DNA of 64,000 nucleotides from Macrostomum lignano. Taxonomy: Eukaryota. The translations under genes were made by a program, and so were the position numbers. Shown piece after piece: positions 13,090 to 27,800 of the stretch; position 1 is the stretch's first letter; each line of letters starts with the position of its first letter. The stretch is taken from the NCBI GenBank assembly GCA_002269645.1, contig NIVC01001626.1, forward strand, positions 62,001 through 126,000, in the 5' to 3' direction. The notes below the pieces were generated by a model. That model was given only the letters and a program-made list of their open reading frames with translations. It had not been told where the DNA came from and made no database searches.

Positions 13090-13535
13090 TCCCTTGATGG
13101 GTACATTGTCTATGGCGTAGAGTAGTTCTATGGCAGTGGGTGCTGCTGTCTTGATGGGTACATTGTCTATGGCTGCTTCTGTCTTGATGGGTATATTGTC
13201 TATGGCCCAGAGTAGTTCTATGGCAGTGACTGCTTCTGTCTTGATGGGTACATTATCTATGGCTGCTTCTGTCTTGATGGGTACATTGTCTATGGCCCAG
13301 AGTAGTTCTATGGCAGTGGCTGCTGCTGCCTTGATGGGTACATTGTCTATGGCCCAGAGTAGTTCTATGGCAGTGACTGCTTCTGTCTTGATGGGTACAT
13401 TATCTATGGCTGCTTCTGTCTTGATGGGTACATTGTCTATGGCCCAGAGTGGTTCTATGGCAGTGGCTGCTGCTGCCTTGATGGGTACATTGTCTATGGC
13501 CCAGAGTAGTTCTATGGCAGTGGCTGCTGCTGCAG
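13090..13535. repeat. Composite 33/57-bp minisatellite
   Basis: Alternating TTGATGGGTACATTGTCTATGGC and CCAGAGTAGTTCTATGGCAGTG blocks. Confidence 0.9.
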
Positions 13536-14094
13536 TGAAGTGGATTCTTAACTTGAATGGCTCAGTTATCAACCTGGCGAACAGAATAAAAGAGCAACAA
13601 ACGCAGGGGTAGCAGAGTAGACCAAGCTCCCCTCAGCCTGAGCTCCCTTAGCAGATTAGCGGCAATCGATGCTCAGAGGGATTTCACCACCGAAGAAAAG
13701 CAGACTATCGGTGGTCATCTGTGTTGCTCAAGTAGCAGTGGCCATTTGCTTAATTGCATTGCTGCTCACCCCACTGCACCCAACACGGCTCCCAGACTCC
13801 CACCCGCCACTGCAGCGGCCACACAGTCTGTCCAAAGTGGTGAAAAAACAAAATTAAAAATTCTCTAAATGGACCGTTTTGAATATTAAATTTCATTTTG
13901 CTTTAATAACTGATGCGCCAGCAGTGTGAGCTCTGACCCCGTCCTCACCACCGCACCCAGCTTCTCTGACTGGGCCTCTGGGCAGAGGGAACCGGATTTG
14001 ACTGCATGACATCCTATGAGTGCATGTTCTCCTGAGCACATGACACCCACATATAGACTCTGGCTATTTTATGGAAGTCTCATCCAAATACTTG

Positions 14095-14716
14095 TCCTCA
14101 TCCTCATCCTCATCCTCATCATCATCCTCATCCTTATCATCATCCTCATCCTCATCCTTATCCTCATCCTCATCCTTATCCTCATCCTCATCCTCATCCT
14201 CATTCTCATCCTCATCCTCATCCTCATCCTCATCCTTATCCTCATCCTCATCCTCATTTTCATCCTCATCCTCATCCTCATCCTTATCCTCATCCTCATC
14301 CTCATTTTCATCCTCATCCTCATCCTCATTCTCATCCTCATCCTCATTTTCATCCTCATCCTCATCCTCATTCTCATCCTCATCCTCATCCTCATCCTCA
14401 TCCTCATTTTCATCCTCATCCTCATCCTCATTCTCATCCTCATCCTCATCCTTATCTTCATCCTCATCCTCATCCTCATCCTCATCCTCATCCTCATCCT
14501 TATCCTCATCCTCATCCTCATCCTCATTCTCATTCTCATCCTCATCCTCATTCTCATCCTCATCCTCATCCTCATTCTCACCCTCATCCTCATCCGCATC
14601 CTCATCCTCATCCTTATCCTGATCCTGATCCTCATCCTAATTCTCATCCTCATTCTCATTCTCATTCTCATCCTCATTCTCATTCTCATCCTCATCCTCA
14701 TCCTCATCCTCATCCC
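14095..14716. repeat. (ATCCTC)n hexamer microsatellite
   Basis: Source of the IL/SS/MR pseudo-ORFs. Confidence 0.97.
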
Positions 14717-15609
14717 CATGCCGGGAACTCCCACTACTCTACTCATTTTCCTTCGAGCCGAGCGCTCAAAGCTGCATCCTTGGCCACATCTCGCCGTACG
14801 GCCCGTCAGTTCGGATCCCAGCAGCTCCGATATCTCCCAGCCTCACCGCAGATCTCGGGCCAATCCGCGCAGATCCCGCTCGACATCGCCGTGATGGTTG
14901 CCAGAAGAAGTTTCGCATCAGCTCCCTCCGAATTTGCCTCGGATCGCAGATTTGCCTTGGCAACTCAGTGCACTTTTGCAAGCTCAAATCGCTGGGCCAA
15001 GTCGGCAGTTCGCAGCGGGGCGCCGTCCCATCCCCCAATTCGTCAGCATGAAGATCTTCAACCAGAGTCCAGGAGGAGGCTACAGCCGACCTAGCATCAG
15101 CTTCCACTAGCTTCATCATCACTCCTGTTGCGGACTTCTGAGTTTCAAAGCACCCACAAGTTTATCGAGAAAATTTTCCATGAAATGCTACCCAATGCTA
15201 AATTTTCATGAAGTTCCAGAGAATCTGCACTCCAGACCCTGCTTCTAGGTGGCCTTGGCTCTCAAACTCGCTTCCCTAACTCGCTTAAGTCACTCGCTGG
15301 GTTGCTAATTTCTTGTTGGACGAAACCGCACAGGCCGGGGGGGGGGAGAGAGAAAGTCCTCGAACTCCGGGTTGTCAGGCCAGCTCAGATCGCTTGTTTA
15401 TCCATCGTGTCAGCCGTTTCTCGCTCAACTGTTCGTCCGACTTTCTCTTTGATATTGTGCACTGGAGTCCTGTCTCTGTTTTTGTGACTCCGTTTAGTGG
15501 AGCGGAATGGAATTGGGATGCCAGCTCAGGGCTTTGGACTAGTTGAGAAGTTGCCAGCGATAAGCGGGCTGGATAAGTCAGTTTAGGCCGCAGCTACGCA
15601 TGGGGAGCA

Positions 15610-16155
15610 GTTGTGTGTCAGGGTGGGCTGTTGTGTGTGTCAGGGTGGGCTGTTGTGTGTGTCAGGGTGGGCTGTTGTGTGCGTCAGGGTGGGCTGTTGT
15701 GTGAGTCAGGGTGGGCTGTTGTGTGAGTCAGGGTGGGCTGTTGTGTGAGTCAGGGTGGGCTGTTGTGTGTGTCAGGGTGGGATGTTGTGTGTGTCAGGGT
15801 GGGCTGTTGTGTGTCAGGGTGGGCTATTGCGTGAGTCAGGGTGGGCTGTTGTGTGTCAGGGTGGGCTATTGTGTGAGTCAGGGTGGGCTGTTGTGTGTCA
15901 GGGTGGGCTGTTGTGTGTCAGGGTGGGCTGTTGTGTGCGTCAGGGTGGGCTGTTGTGTGAGTCAGGGTGGGCTGTTGTGTGCGTCAGGGTGGGCTGTTGT
16001 GTGAGTCAGGGTGGGCTGTTGTGTGAGTCAGGGTGGGCTATTGTGTGCGTCAGGGTGGGCTATTGTATCAGGGGAGTCAGGGGAGTCAAGGGAGTTAGTG
16101 GAGTCAGGGGAGTCAGGGGAGTCAGGGGAGTCAGGGGAGTCAGGGGGTCAGGGAG
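15610..16155. repeat. G-rich 20-24-bp repeat (GTCAGGGTGGGCTGTTGTGT..)n followed by (GGGGAGTCA)n
   Basis: Periodic arrays read directly from the sequence. Confidence 0.93.
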
Positions 16156-16619
16156 GCATAGAGTCGTCAGTCAGGTTAAGTTCTGTTGCGAAGGTGTGCC
16201 AGCAACTACCCCTACTTACACTGCTTAGACCATACTGGGAGCCAAGTCGCACATTGATTCTTGACTTTATTTTTTTCTGTAAATCATTTGAACGCCATTC
16301 ATTTTCAACAGTATTGCAAGCCAGTTAGCAAAAAAGGCCTTCGCGTGAATAAGCAGTGATTCAGTCTGCGACGGACATCCTTCTCACCAGTCACGCTCAG
16401 AACCCCAGTCAGCAATCTTAAACTCAAAGCAGATAAACAAAGCAGCTTCTCTTTTGTCTTCGAAAAAAGTGAAAAGTGCACCGCCTCAGTTCCTTTCCAC
16501 TGACTGCAGACAATGCAGTGTTTTTAACCATATGTGGCTGGGCGTGGGCGGTCCATGGTTCTAAATTAACAAGCCGAAACTAAGGGTAGAGGCTGCACAG
16601 AGAGGGTCTTCTTAAAAGG

Positions 16620-16930
16620 AATTGCTCCCATCATTCAGGGTATTACTCAGATCCTTCAGGATACTACTCAGATCCTTCAGGAGAATTGCTTAGACACTTC
16701 AGACAAAAAAGCCCAGATTATTCAGGGTATTACTCAAATCCTTCATGGTTGTTCACTCAAATCTTTAAGGGTTGTTCACTCATATCCTTAAGGGTTGTTC
16801 ACTCAAATCCTTAAGGGTTGTTCACTCATATCCTTAAGGGTTGTTCACTCAAATCCTTAAGGGTTGTTCACTCATATCCTTCAGGGGTAGTACTCAAATA
16901 CTTCAGGGGTAGTACTCAAATCCTTCAGGT
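16620..16930. repeat. Degenerate ~23-bp repeat (TTCACTCAAATCCTTAAGGGTTG)n
   Basis: About 10 diverged copies. Confidence 0.8.
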
Positions 16931-17420
16931 TAGTTGCTCAGTAGGTACTGCAGAGTCAGTGCTTGGACCGCAAATGACTTCAGAAGAATTACTAAAAATG
17001 TCTTGTTGTGCGATTAAAGACGCAGAACGGTCAGCCTACCTGCATCCTGGAATCCCCGTGGGTACCCCGCCTCGGTAAAGCTGAGAGCGCAGCCCTGCAG
17101 CCACTCGCTCAGTCGGGTCGATGGCCGCCCGCTCTCCCCGTCTGTAACAGGCCTCCAGAGCCTCAAGCCTGAAGCAATCAATACTGAAGTGTATTTGCGG
17201 CGCCTAAAGAGTTGAGCCCGACTCGAGCTGCAAGATTAAGCACACAAATCTGACACTCGGGAAGCTGACCCGCCTGTCACCGAGTGCCGAGTTTTGATAA
17301 GCATTGAAAAACATGCCAGCCATTCACTCTGCTTGAGCCTGCTGGCTAGCATGTCAGCAAGTACTTTACACTTACAGTTCGAAGCTGCTTGCTGCCTTTG
17401 ATGACGGCTGGAGCATGCAG

Positions 17421-20405
17421 CACATCCACATGCACATCCACATCCACATCCACATCCACATCCACATGCACATCCACATCCACATCCACATGCACATCCA
17501 CATCCACATCCACATCCACATCCACATCCACATCCACATCCACATCCACATCCACATCCACATCCACATCCACATGCACATCCACATCCACATCCACATG
17601 CACATCCACATGCACATCCACATCCACATCCACATCCACATCCACATCCACATGCACATGCACATGCACATCCACATCCACATCCACATCCACATCCACA
17701 TCCACATCCACATCCACATCCACATCCACATGCACATCCACATGCACATCCACATCCACATCCACATGCACATCCACATGCACATCCACATCCACATCCA
17801 CATCCACATCCACATCCACATCCACATCCACATCCCCATCCACATCCACATGCACATCCACATCCACATCCACATCCACATCCACATCCACATGCACATG
17901 CACATCCACATCCACATCCACATCCACATCCACATCCACATCCACATGCACATGCACATGCACATCCACATCCACATCCACATCCACATCCACATCCACA
18001 TCCACATCCACATCCCCATCCACATCCACATGCACATCCACATCCACATCCACATCCACATCCACATCCACATGCACATGCACATCCACATGCACATCCA
18101 CATCCACATCCACATCCACATCCACATCCACATCCACATCCACATCCACATCCACATCCACATCCACATCCACATCCACATCCACATCCACATCCACATC
18201 CACATCCACATCCACATCCACATGCACATCCACATGCACATCCACATCCACATCCACATGCACATCCACATGCACATCCACATCCACATCCACATCCCCA
18301 TCCACATCCACATCCACATCCACATCCCCATCCACATCCACATGCACATCCACATCCACATCCACATCCACATCCACATCCACATGCACATGCACATCCA
18401 CATCCACATCCACATCCACATCCACATCCACATCCACATCCACATCCCCATCCACATCCACATGCACATGCACATCCACATCCACATGCACATCCACATC
18501 CACATGCACATGCACATCCACATCCACATCCACATCCACATCCACATCCACATGCACATCCACATCCACATCCACATCCCCATCCACATCCACATGCACA
18601 TGCACATCCACATCCACATGCACATCCACATCCACATGCACATGCACATCCACATCCACATCCACATCCACATCCACATCCACATCCACATGCACATGCA
18701 CATCCACATCCACATCCACATCCACATCCACATCCACATGCACATGCACATCCACATCCACATCCACATCCACATCCACATCCACATCCACATCCACATG
18801 CACATCCACATCCACATGCACATCCACATCCACATGCACATGCACATCCACATCCACATCCACATCCACATCCACATCCACATCCACATCCACATCCACA
18901 TCCACATCCACATCCACATCCACATCCCCATCCACATCCACATGCACATCCACATCCACATCCACATCCACATCCACATCCACATGCACATGCACATCCA
19001 CATCCACATCCACATCCACATCCACATCCACATCCACATCCACATCCCCATCCACATCCACATGCACATGCACATCCACATCCACATGCACATCCACATC
19101 CACATGCACATGCACATCCACATCCACATCCACATCCACATCCACATCCACATCCACATCCACATGCACATCCACATCCACATCCACATCCACATCCACA
19201 TCCACATCCACATCCACATCCACATCCACATCCACATCCACATCCACATCCACATCCACATGCACATGCACATCCACATCCACATCCACATCCACATCCA
19301 CATGCACATGCACATCCACATCCACATCCACATCCACATCCACATCCACATCCACATCCACATCCACATCCACATCCACATCCACATCCACATCCACATC
19401 CACATCCACATCCGCATCCCCATCCCCATCCACATGCACATCCACATCCACATCCACATCCACATCCACATCCACATCCACATCCACATCCACATCCCCA
19501 TCCACATCCACATGCACATCCACATCCACATCCACATTCACATCCACATCCACATGCACATGCACATCCACATCCACATCCACATCCACATCCACATCCA
19601 CATCCACATCCACATCCCCATCCACATCCACATGCACATGCACATCCACATCCACATGCACATCCACATCCACATGCACATGCACATCCACATCCACATC
19701 CACATCCACATCCACATCCACATCCACATCCACATGCACATCCACATCCACATCCACATCCACATCCACATGCACATGCACATGCACATCCACATCCACA
19801 TCCACATCCACATCCACATCCACATCCACATCCACATCCACATCCACATCCACATCCACATCCACATGCACATGCACATCCACATCCACATCCACATCCA
19901 CATCCACATGCACATGCACATCCACATCCACATCCACATCCACATCCACATCCACATCCACATCCACATCCACATCCACATCCACATCCACATCCACATC
20001 CACATCCACATCCACATCCGCATCCCCATCCCCATCCACATGCACATCCACATCCACATCCACATCCACATCCACATCCACATCCACATCCACATCCACA
20101 TCCACATCCACATCCACATCCACATCCACATCCACATCCACATCCACATCCACATCCACATCCACATCCACATCCACATCCACATCCCCATCCACATCCA
20201 CATCCACATCCACATCCACATCCACATCCACATCCACATCCACATCCACATCCACATCCACATCCACATGCACATCCACATCCACATCCACATCCACATC
20301 CACATGCACATCCACATCCACATCCACATGCACATCCACATCCACATCCACATCCACATTCACATCAACATCCACATCCACATCAACATCCACATCCACA
20401 TGCAC
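17421..20405. repeat. ~3-kb (CACATC)n hexamer microsatellite with CACATG/CCCATC variants
   Basis: The hexamer has no stop codon in any frame, hence the TS/HI/VD/MW pseudo-ORFs. Confidence 0.98.
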
Positions 20406-21029
20406 AGAAGAGCCGCATGCACTGCAGTCGCACCAGATGCCCCCTCAAGAAAGATGTGGTAACTTTTATTTTGACCTCGAATTCGTCAGCTTTCTCCGGC
20501 CGGAGGGGGGTCCCCAGTGGCTGAGGGGTGGAGTCTAGCGGAATGGGCGACGCTCGCCTCCCCGCTGCGTCTTCGGACCGCCCTGCAGCTAAGAGGGGCG
20601 GAGTCAAAAGTTTCCTGAAAGATCAGCGGAGTTACATGGAAGGTCGCAGCTCGAGACCCCGGAGCCACAGCAACATGCAGCGGATGTTTAGAAATGCTGG
20701 ATCAAATTTGATGAGGCAGTCTATTTGCATAATTGTCTTCTGCAAGGCACTGCATCACCGTATGAATTTGCAGAAGGCTCGACACATGCGTTCAGTGAAA
20801 TGCAGTTACAGCCAGCCGATCAAAATGGCGTCAACAAGTGGAATGAACTGCGGTATTCACGAGTCTTATGCATTGTTATGCATTTGAGCATGCATATGTT
20901 CGGTAGATACTACTGATGCTGAGATAAAGGTGTGACGTTTTGGGGATTATTTTTGGTATGATAAAATTGGAATTCGTCGAACTTTTATTCGACTATAAAT
21001 TGGAAGAGTAGACGGTGAGAATTCGCCAT

Positions 21030-21360
21030 GAAGTGTGAGATTTGACTATTACACCGTGAGATTTGACTTTGTGACAGTGACAGTTGACTGTGACAGTGAG
21101 ATTTGACAATTAAACTGTGAGATTTGACTCTGTCACCATGAGATCTGACTATTACACCGTGAGATTTGACTTTGTGACAGTGACAGTTGACTGTGACAGT
21201 GAGATTTGACAATTAAAACTGCGTAATTTGACTATTAGACTGTGAGATTCAAATATTAGACTGTGAGATTCAAATATTAGACTGTGAGATTTGAATATTA
21301 GACTGAGAGATTCGAATATTAGACTGTGAGATTCGAATGCTAGACTGTAAGATTTGACAG
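21030..21360. repeat. Degenerate TGTGAGATTTGAC-based repeats
   Basis: Partly duplicated blocks plus about five 21-bp ATATTAGACTGTGAGATTC(A/G)A units. Confidence 0.75.
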
Positions 21361-21777
21361 TAATGCTGAGATTTTACAATGAGACTTTTAGATTAGTGCA
21401 TACGCGCTTGTAGTAGACCGAACAGTGGGAATGGAGCAGTGTACTTTAAGCTCGCACCGTGGGACAGTGAGGCTGCTCTATGAACCTATCCGAACCGAAG
21501 TGTGCAGTGACCCGGGCCAAAGCAAACACGAAGTCCAGCAGACACTGAAAGCTTGACTTGAAAGAAGAACCGATGCAGTGTCGCCGAACCCCAGAAATGC
21601 AAACAGAGAAGACGCTAGATAAGGTGGGCCGGTGGCAGCGGTGCCTCCAGGCTCTGGCACTCACTACTTGTGAGTCACGTGACAGACTGAAGCAGGTTGG
21701 GGTGGAGAGCGCATCGGAATTCTGCGCACAACGGCGGAGTCCCGTGCAGACCCTGGCCCAGGCGGCAAACAGGCCAG

Positions 21778-22275
21778 GGCGCTTCCAGACACACAGAGAG
21801 TCAGAGGAAGAGTTGGAAAGCAGCTTCCCGGTTTTGCCAGGGCGCTTCCAGGCACACAGAGAGTCAGAGGAAGAATTGGAAAGCAGCTTCCCGGTTTTGC
21901 CAGGGCGCTTCCAGGCACACAGAGAGTCAGAGGAAGAGTTTTCAAACAGCTTCCCGGTTTTGCCAGGGCGCTTCCAGGCACACAGAGAGTCAGAGGAAGA
22001 GTTTTCAAACAGCTTCCCTGTTTTTCCAGGGCGCTTCCAGGCACACAGAGAGTCAGAGGAAGAGTTTTCAAACAGCTTCCCTGTTTTTCCAGGGCGCTTC
22101 CGGGCACAGAGAAAGTCAGAGGAAGAGTTGGCAAACAGCTTCCCGGTTTTGCCAGGGCGCTTCCGGGCACAGAGAAAGTCAGAGGAAGAGTTTTCAAACA
22201 GCTTCCCTGTTTTTCCAGGGCGCTTCCGGGCACAGAGAAAGTCAGAGGAAGAGTTGGCAAACAGCTTCCCGGTTG
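21778..22275 (+). repeat. 63-bp minisatellite, ~8 copies, inside a 283-codon ORF (21558-22409) of uncertain status
   Basis: The unit encodes RFQAHRESEEELESSFPVLPG, but other frames are also open. Confidence 0.9.
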
Positions 22276-22779
22276 CTTGGCTTTTCAATATTCTCTGGCA
22301 TTCGAATCAGAGAATGCCCTCCAGCTGCGTGCCACTGGACGAGCGAGCTGCCAATAATCCCAGCGGGTTGGGTTTCCGCACGCGGCTCCTGACCAAAATC
22401 TATTTTTAATATCGATTTTTTCGTAGCCCCTCCTCCGTCGAGGTTCTTCTCAGAACTGGCAACGGCTGCGCAACTCCTGCAGAGGCGCTGCCGCATTCTG
22501 CTGGCTGCCCCGACCAGCTGTCCCCGCGCCCCTGCCTGGAAACTGTCTCCACGTATTTTCACCCGCTCTCTCCCCTGTGGAAGCCCAGAAAAGGCAGATC
22601 AACTTCACGGGAAGGAAAGGATTCGAGTGCTGTTGCTATCCGCGCGGACACGCCCTGGATCTGAGATCGTGAGTTGCTTCTTCAACTGTTTTCTGCCTTT
22701 CCTGCCGTTTATGCTGCACAGGGAGCTTGATCACAGTGAGCACAGTGAGAATTGACTCTGAGAATTGTCTATACGACAA

Positions 22780-23062
22780 TGAGAATTGGCTATAGGACTA
22801 TGCGAATTGGCTATAGGACTATGAGAATTGGCTATAGGACTATGCGAATTGGCTATAGGACTATGCGAATTGGCTATAGGACTATGCGAATTGGCTATAG
22901 GACTATGAGAATTGGCTATAGGACTATGCGAATTGGCTATAGGACTATGAGAATTGGCTATAGGACTATGAGAATTGGCTATAGGACTATGCGAATTGGC
23001 TATAGGACTATGAGAATTGGCTATAGGACCATGAGAATTGGCTATAGGACTATGAGAATTGG
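22780..23062. repeat. 21-bp tandem repeat (TATG[A/C]GAATTGGCTATAGGAC)n
   Basis: About 13 copies. Confidence 0.96.
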
Positions 23063-23687
23063 CCATTTCAAGCCAGTAGAAAAGCACTGGCGGAAAGAAT
23101 CACAACTGCCAAACTGCACATTTTAACAATCATTTCCAAATTGCAGCTAGTAACTAAGCAGTTTCAAAGCGGGTCTCTCCTCTGCTCAACAGTTTTAAAG
23201 CAGACGTGAGAAATTGCAGAAAATTTGACCGAAAGAAACAAAAGAATCGGAAAAGTCAAGCTTTGAAAGAGTAACCGCTGGAGGGCAGGAAATGCTGCAG
23301 TTGTTAACTTTGACTGGCTTGACTTTCATGAAAGCAGAGTCTCTCGAGTGGGCGGAGATGCTGCGGTCCTCCCTCTCTCTCTGACGCCCCTCTACCCTTC
23401 ATTTCTCTCGGCATTTCCAACCGCAGCGCACACTGGCAGCCACCCCCCCCCCCCCTATTTCGAACTTGAAGCAGAGAGTGGCGGGGACTTCTCTTATCGC
23501 TCGCTGCACAGCCGCCTGCGGCAAAATTTCCATAGCGGGCAAGCGAGGCGGCAGGGGGGGGGGCCGTGGGAGGCGGGCACAGGAAGTCAAGCGGCCCGAA
23601 CAGATGTGTATTTATGAAGGAGTCGCTGGCAGCTGCAACTGCTTTCGCTATTCTCTGCAAACGAAATTTCCAGGTGGTGAAAAAACT

Positions 23688-26019
23688 ATGGCCGAAGCCG
23701 AAAACGCCAAGGAGATCGAACCCGCGACCGCCGCCGATGGGCAGCAGCAGCAGCAGGCGGGAGGCATCAGGCAGCGAATCCGCGGCCTGCTGAAGAGGAA
23801 GGACCGGCAGAAGCAGCAGAAGGAGCGGCCGGATGACGCGGTGAAGCTGGGCTGCGGCGGCCTGTTCCGCCGGAAGAAGCGGGCGGAGGCGGGCGATCAG
23901 GAGTCGCAGAAGCCGGCGGAGAAGCCGAAGAAAAGCGGCAAAGGCGGCGAAGTAAAGGTAGGCGAACTGGTTGCAGTTTACTTGAGCTCATTTCCTGCTG
24001 CATGAAGTTTTACTTTTTATGATCATATCGGAGCTTTGGCCAGCATGCATTTGCTCTGCTTGCTGATTGTACGAAGGGGCATTAGGGACATCAGAGACAT
24101 CAGGGACATCAGGGACATCAGAAACATCAGGGACATCAGGGACATCAGAAACATCAGGGACATCAGGGACATCAGAAACATCAGGGACATCAGGGACATC
24201 AGGGATATCAGAGACATTAGGGACATCAGGGACATCAGAGACAGTAGGGACATCAGAAACATCAGGGACATCAGAGACATCAGAGACATTAGGGACATCA
24301 GAGACATCAGAGACATTAGGGACATCAGAGACATCAGAGACATTAGGGACATCAGGGACAGAAACATTAGGGACATCAGGGACATCAGAAACATTAGGGA
24401 CATCAGGGACATCAGAAACATTAGGGACGTCAGGGACATCAGGGACATCAGGGACATCAGGGACATCAGGGACATCAGGGACATCAGGGACATCAGAGAC
24501 ATCAGGGACATCAGGGACATCAGGGACATCAGGGACATCAGGGACATCAGGGACATCAGGGACATCAGGGTCAGCAATGGCCGTAGAACTCAAATTTGCT
24601 TCTAGGAAGAGAAGCAGGAGGTGGAGCTGCAGCCGCAGCCGCAGCAGCCAGATGCGGCCTCAGCGTCAGCGGCAGAGCCGGAGACGTCAGCGCTGGAGCA
24701 GCCGGCATCGAAAGCGCCGGCGAGACCCGAGAATCCGCCAAGGCCGCTGGTTGAACTGGCGGCGAAGTCTGCGCCACAGCCGGACGAGGATGTCAGTGAG
24801 AAGACGGAAGAGAACGCAGCGGAAGAGAACGCAGCGGAGGAAGACAAGACGACAGTTCAGAACGGCCACGCTTTGGAGAGCGAGCCAGAGTCAGAAAATC
24901 AGCGACACGAAGAGGCGGAGCGGCAGTTCCAGCAGGCCTCGGTGGACATGGCGGACGTGACGCCGAAGCCGGGAGTGACAGTAAGGCCTTGAGGCAAAAG
25001 TGGCGATTGCTGCCGCAACGGGTATTAGCTGATCAATAGTTTGCTGACCGCAGTATTTCATAGCTACGAGTGTTTAATGCTTGCTTTTTTACTCGCCTCG
25101 GCTGCTGCTGTTTACTCAACTGGTGAAGGCCGCTTTTGTCGATAAGACCAATTATTGTTGACGGTTTATAGATATCAGCTGCGGGGTCAGGTTGGGGTCA
25201 AGCTGGGGAGAGGCTGGGGTCAGGCTACGGTCAAGCTGGGGTCAGGCTGGGGTCAGGCTGGGGTCAGGCTAGGGTCAGGCTAGGGTCAGGCTGGGGTCAG
25301 GCTGGGGGCAGGCTGGGGACAGGCTGGGGACAGGCTGGGGACAGGCTGGGGGCAGGCTGGGGTCAGGCTAGGGTCAGGCTAGGGTCAGGCTGGGGTCAGG
25401 CTGGGGGCAGGCTGGGGGCAGGCTGAAGTCAGGCTGAGCGAATGCTTGATACATGTATGAAACGCCAAGCAGTTCTACTCATAGTAGTGAAAGGAAGATA
25501 TGTAGATAAATCTTGTAAAAGCGCTGCCGTATATACAGGGGGATAAAAAGACTGCTGCTTACATTATTTCTGAGAGCGCAAACATTTGGCCATTTCTGCT
25601 TTCAGATTGAGCAGGGCCCGCACACGGAGATATGGTCCAGCATCATTAACAAGAGCTTCATCGGTACCGGAGCCTTCAAGCGAGCCGCGGTCTGCAGCCT
25701 GGAGTCTGGCGCCGTGCTGGCCTGCAACCCCGCTGACTTCACGCCCACCGTGCAGCAGGTGGCCGCCCTGCGCGAGAACTTCGACTGCCGCTCCGGCCTG
25801 TCCGCGGCCGGCTTCGGAGTGGCCGACACGGTGTACAGCCTGCTGGACGAGGCCGGCACCAAGGACATTCTGTGCGGCAGCGACGAATCGCGCGGCCAGA
25901 CGCTGCTGGTCTGCAAAACGAAGACGGCGCTGCTGGCGGCCGCGTGCCAGGGCGCCCCGGACCGCGCCGCCGACATGCTGGGCGACATGCGGCAGCACTT
26001 CATCTCGCAGGGGATGTGA
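23688..26019 (+). CDS. Profilin-domain protein A with a ~215-aa charged N-terminal extension; join(23688..23957,24606..24980,25606..26019), 352 aa
   Basis: GT-AG introns, all phase 0 (AAG|GTAGGC, TTCTAG|GAA, ACA|GTAAGG, TTTCAG|ATT). Exon 3 has the profilin pattern W..II...FIG.G..KRAAV.....G...A...F, L..GF......Y, IL.G, KTKTALL and M.QHFISQGM. Confidence 0.85.
24080..24572. repeat. 9-bp repeat (GACATCAGG)n in intron 1 of profilin gene A
   Basis: About 55 copies. Confidence 0.97.
25185..25437. repeat. 10-bp G-rich repeat (GGTCAGGCTG)n in intron 2 of profilin gene A
   Basis: About 24 copies. Confidence 0.95.
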
Positions 26020-26930
26020 GGGCTGCCCGACTGCAAGCGCCGAGTCTCAGTAAGACGCAGCAGCACTTCAAATCTATGGAAATATTTTTAGGCATTGGTG
26101 AGGAGGATTTCCAAGTTATTTTAGCACTAGAACTCACTTCCTGAGCATTCGAAAGTGAATTTTAAAAGTACAAATTTCAGTTTATGCTTAATCAAAAGTT
26201 TTCAAACGGTTAAAACTTAAACTGCAACTAATGCAGTTCCGGAAATCTTCCAATCCGATTGTAACATTAAAACAAATGTAGTTCTGCTGATTTGAAGTGT
26301 TCATCTGTCTCTGGACCCCGACTGGTTGACAGACAACATTGTGGCTTCCCATTGACGTGTCGAATGCATGATTATTAAATTTTCATCTGCATCATTAGCC
26401 TAGCAATGAAGCCGCGCTCTGCTGCGAATGCCAGTGGCGGATTTGGTTTTTACTGTTATCGTTTTATTTACGTAATAAATTTTTAACATTTTGTGTTTCT
26501 TTTGGCTCCAATTCAAACTGTCAGCAGATTTTTATGATTAGAGCAATCAGCTGATGATTTTGCTTTCCTAAAAAAACTAGGAATATTCGACTCTAGGATC
26601 CTACTTTTTGATTATAATATATCTGTACTCGATGGCTTATCAAATAAAAATTTACTTTTCCTGTCTCAAGCTTCCGATATTTTATTATCATTAAAGCGGC
26701 CCAGCTCTTCAGTCAGCTCTGGTGACTGACTCGTCAGATATTGACTTTTCTGCTGTAAATGCGCGCCCAATGACTGATTGGCAGTTACCCATATCATTAA
26801 CATAATGAGTTGCACCTGCGATTTTCAGCCAGATGCTATAAATAAATTGATATTTCAGCTGAAAAATGTCAATTTTTCAAAATGCAATTTCAGCTGAAAA
26901 ATACTCAACCCTTTGTTGTAATTTTCGTGA

Positions 26931-27407
26931 AATTCTCACTATGAGCAGGCCAGCTATTCTCACTATGAGCAGACCAGCTATTCTCACTATGAGCAGACCA
27001 GCTATTCTCACTATGAGCAGACCAGCTATTCTCACTATGAGCAGATCAGCTATTCTCACTATGAGCAGATCAGCTATTCTCACTATGAGCAGACCAGCTA
27101 TTCTCACTATGAGCAGACCAGCTATTCTCACTATGAGCAGACCAGCTATTCTCACTATGAGCAGACCAGCTATTCTCACTATGAGCAGATCAGCTATTCT
27201 CACTATGAGCAGACCAGCTATTCTCACTATGAGCAGACCAGCTATTCTCACTATGAGCAGATCAGCTATTCTCACTATGAGCAGACCAGCTATTCTCACT
27301 ATGAGCAGACCAGCTATTCTCACTATGAGCAGACCAGCTATTCTCACTATGAGCAGGCCAGCTATTCTCACTATGAGCAGGCCAGCTATTCTCACTATGA
27401 GCAGGCT
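26931..27407. repeat. 24-bp minisatellite (TATTCTCACTATGAGCAGACCAGC)n between the profilin paralogues
   Basis: About 20 copies. Confidence 0.97.
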
Positions 27408-27800
27408 ATAACTAATTAATCATTTAAGACGCAAATTATGTCATGCCATACCACATGCCCCTACGGGCCCATTGACCCGCAAGAATGATTGCGTCACGAC
27501 TGCGCTGACATATTGAAACGCATGAGTCACATGAGCAGGTTAGTATCAGCAGGTGACGCAATACCTTTGATAAGAATGCTTTGATAACGCAGCTCGTGGT
27601 GACCACACAGCCCAGACACCACGTGCTCTGCTTTCTATCAAGAGTTTTTGGCACGGTGGATTCCCGTGGCGACTCGCTTATTAGCAAGCTCAAGTTTATA
27701 AGGCCCGCTCCGGGCCGCAAGTATGCAGCAAGACAGCAGCTGGTTAACCAGCCAGAATCAATCAATGCTCAGCGGCTTCAGCTTCAGCTTCGATTTCACA

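Noticed and set aside
14750-15122. GC-rich islands with short ORFs (also 1911-2237, 5591-6169, 10548-10763, 20460-20887, 22400-22700, 42164-42529, 49089-49400 and 58216-58707)
   Set aside because: No recognisable motif, consistent frame bias or compatible splice-site pair. They may be UTRs or unrecognised exons but cannot be supported.
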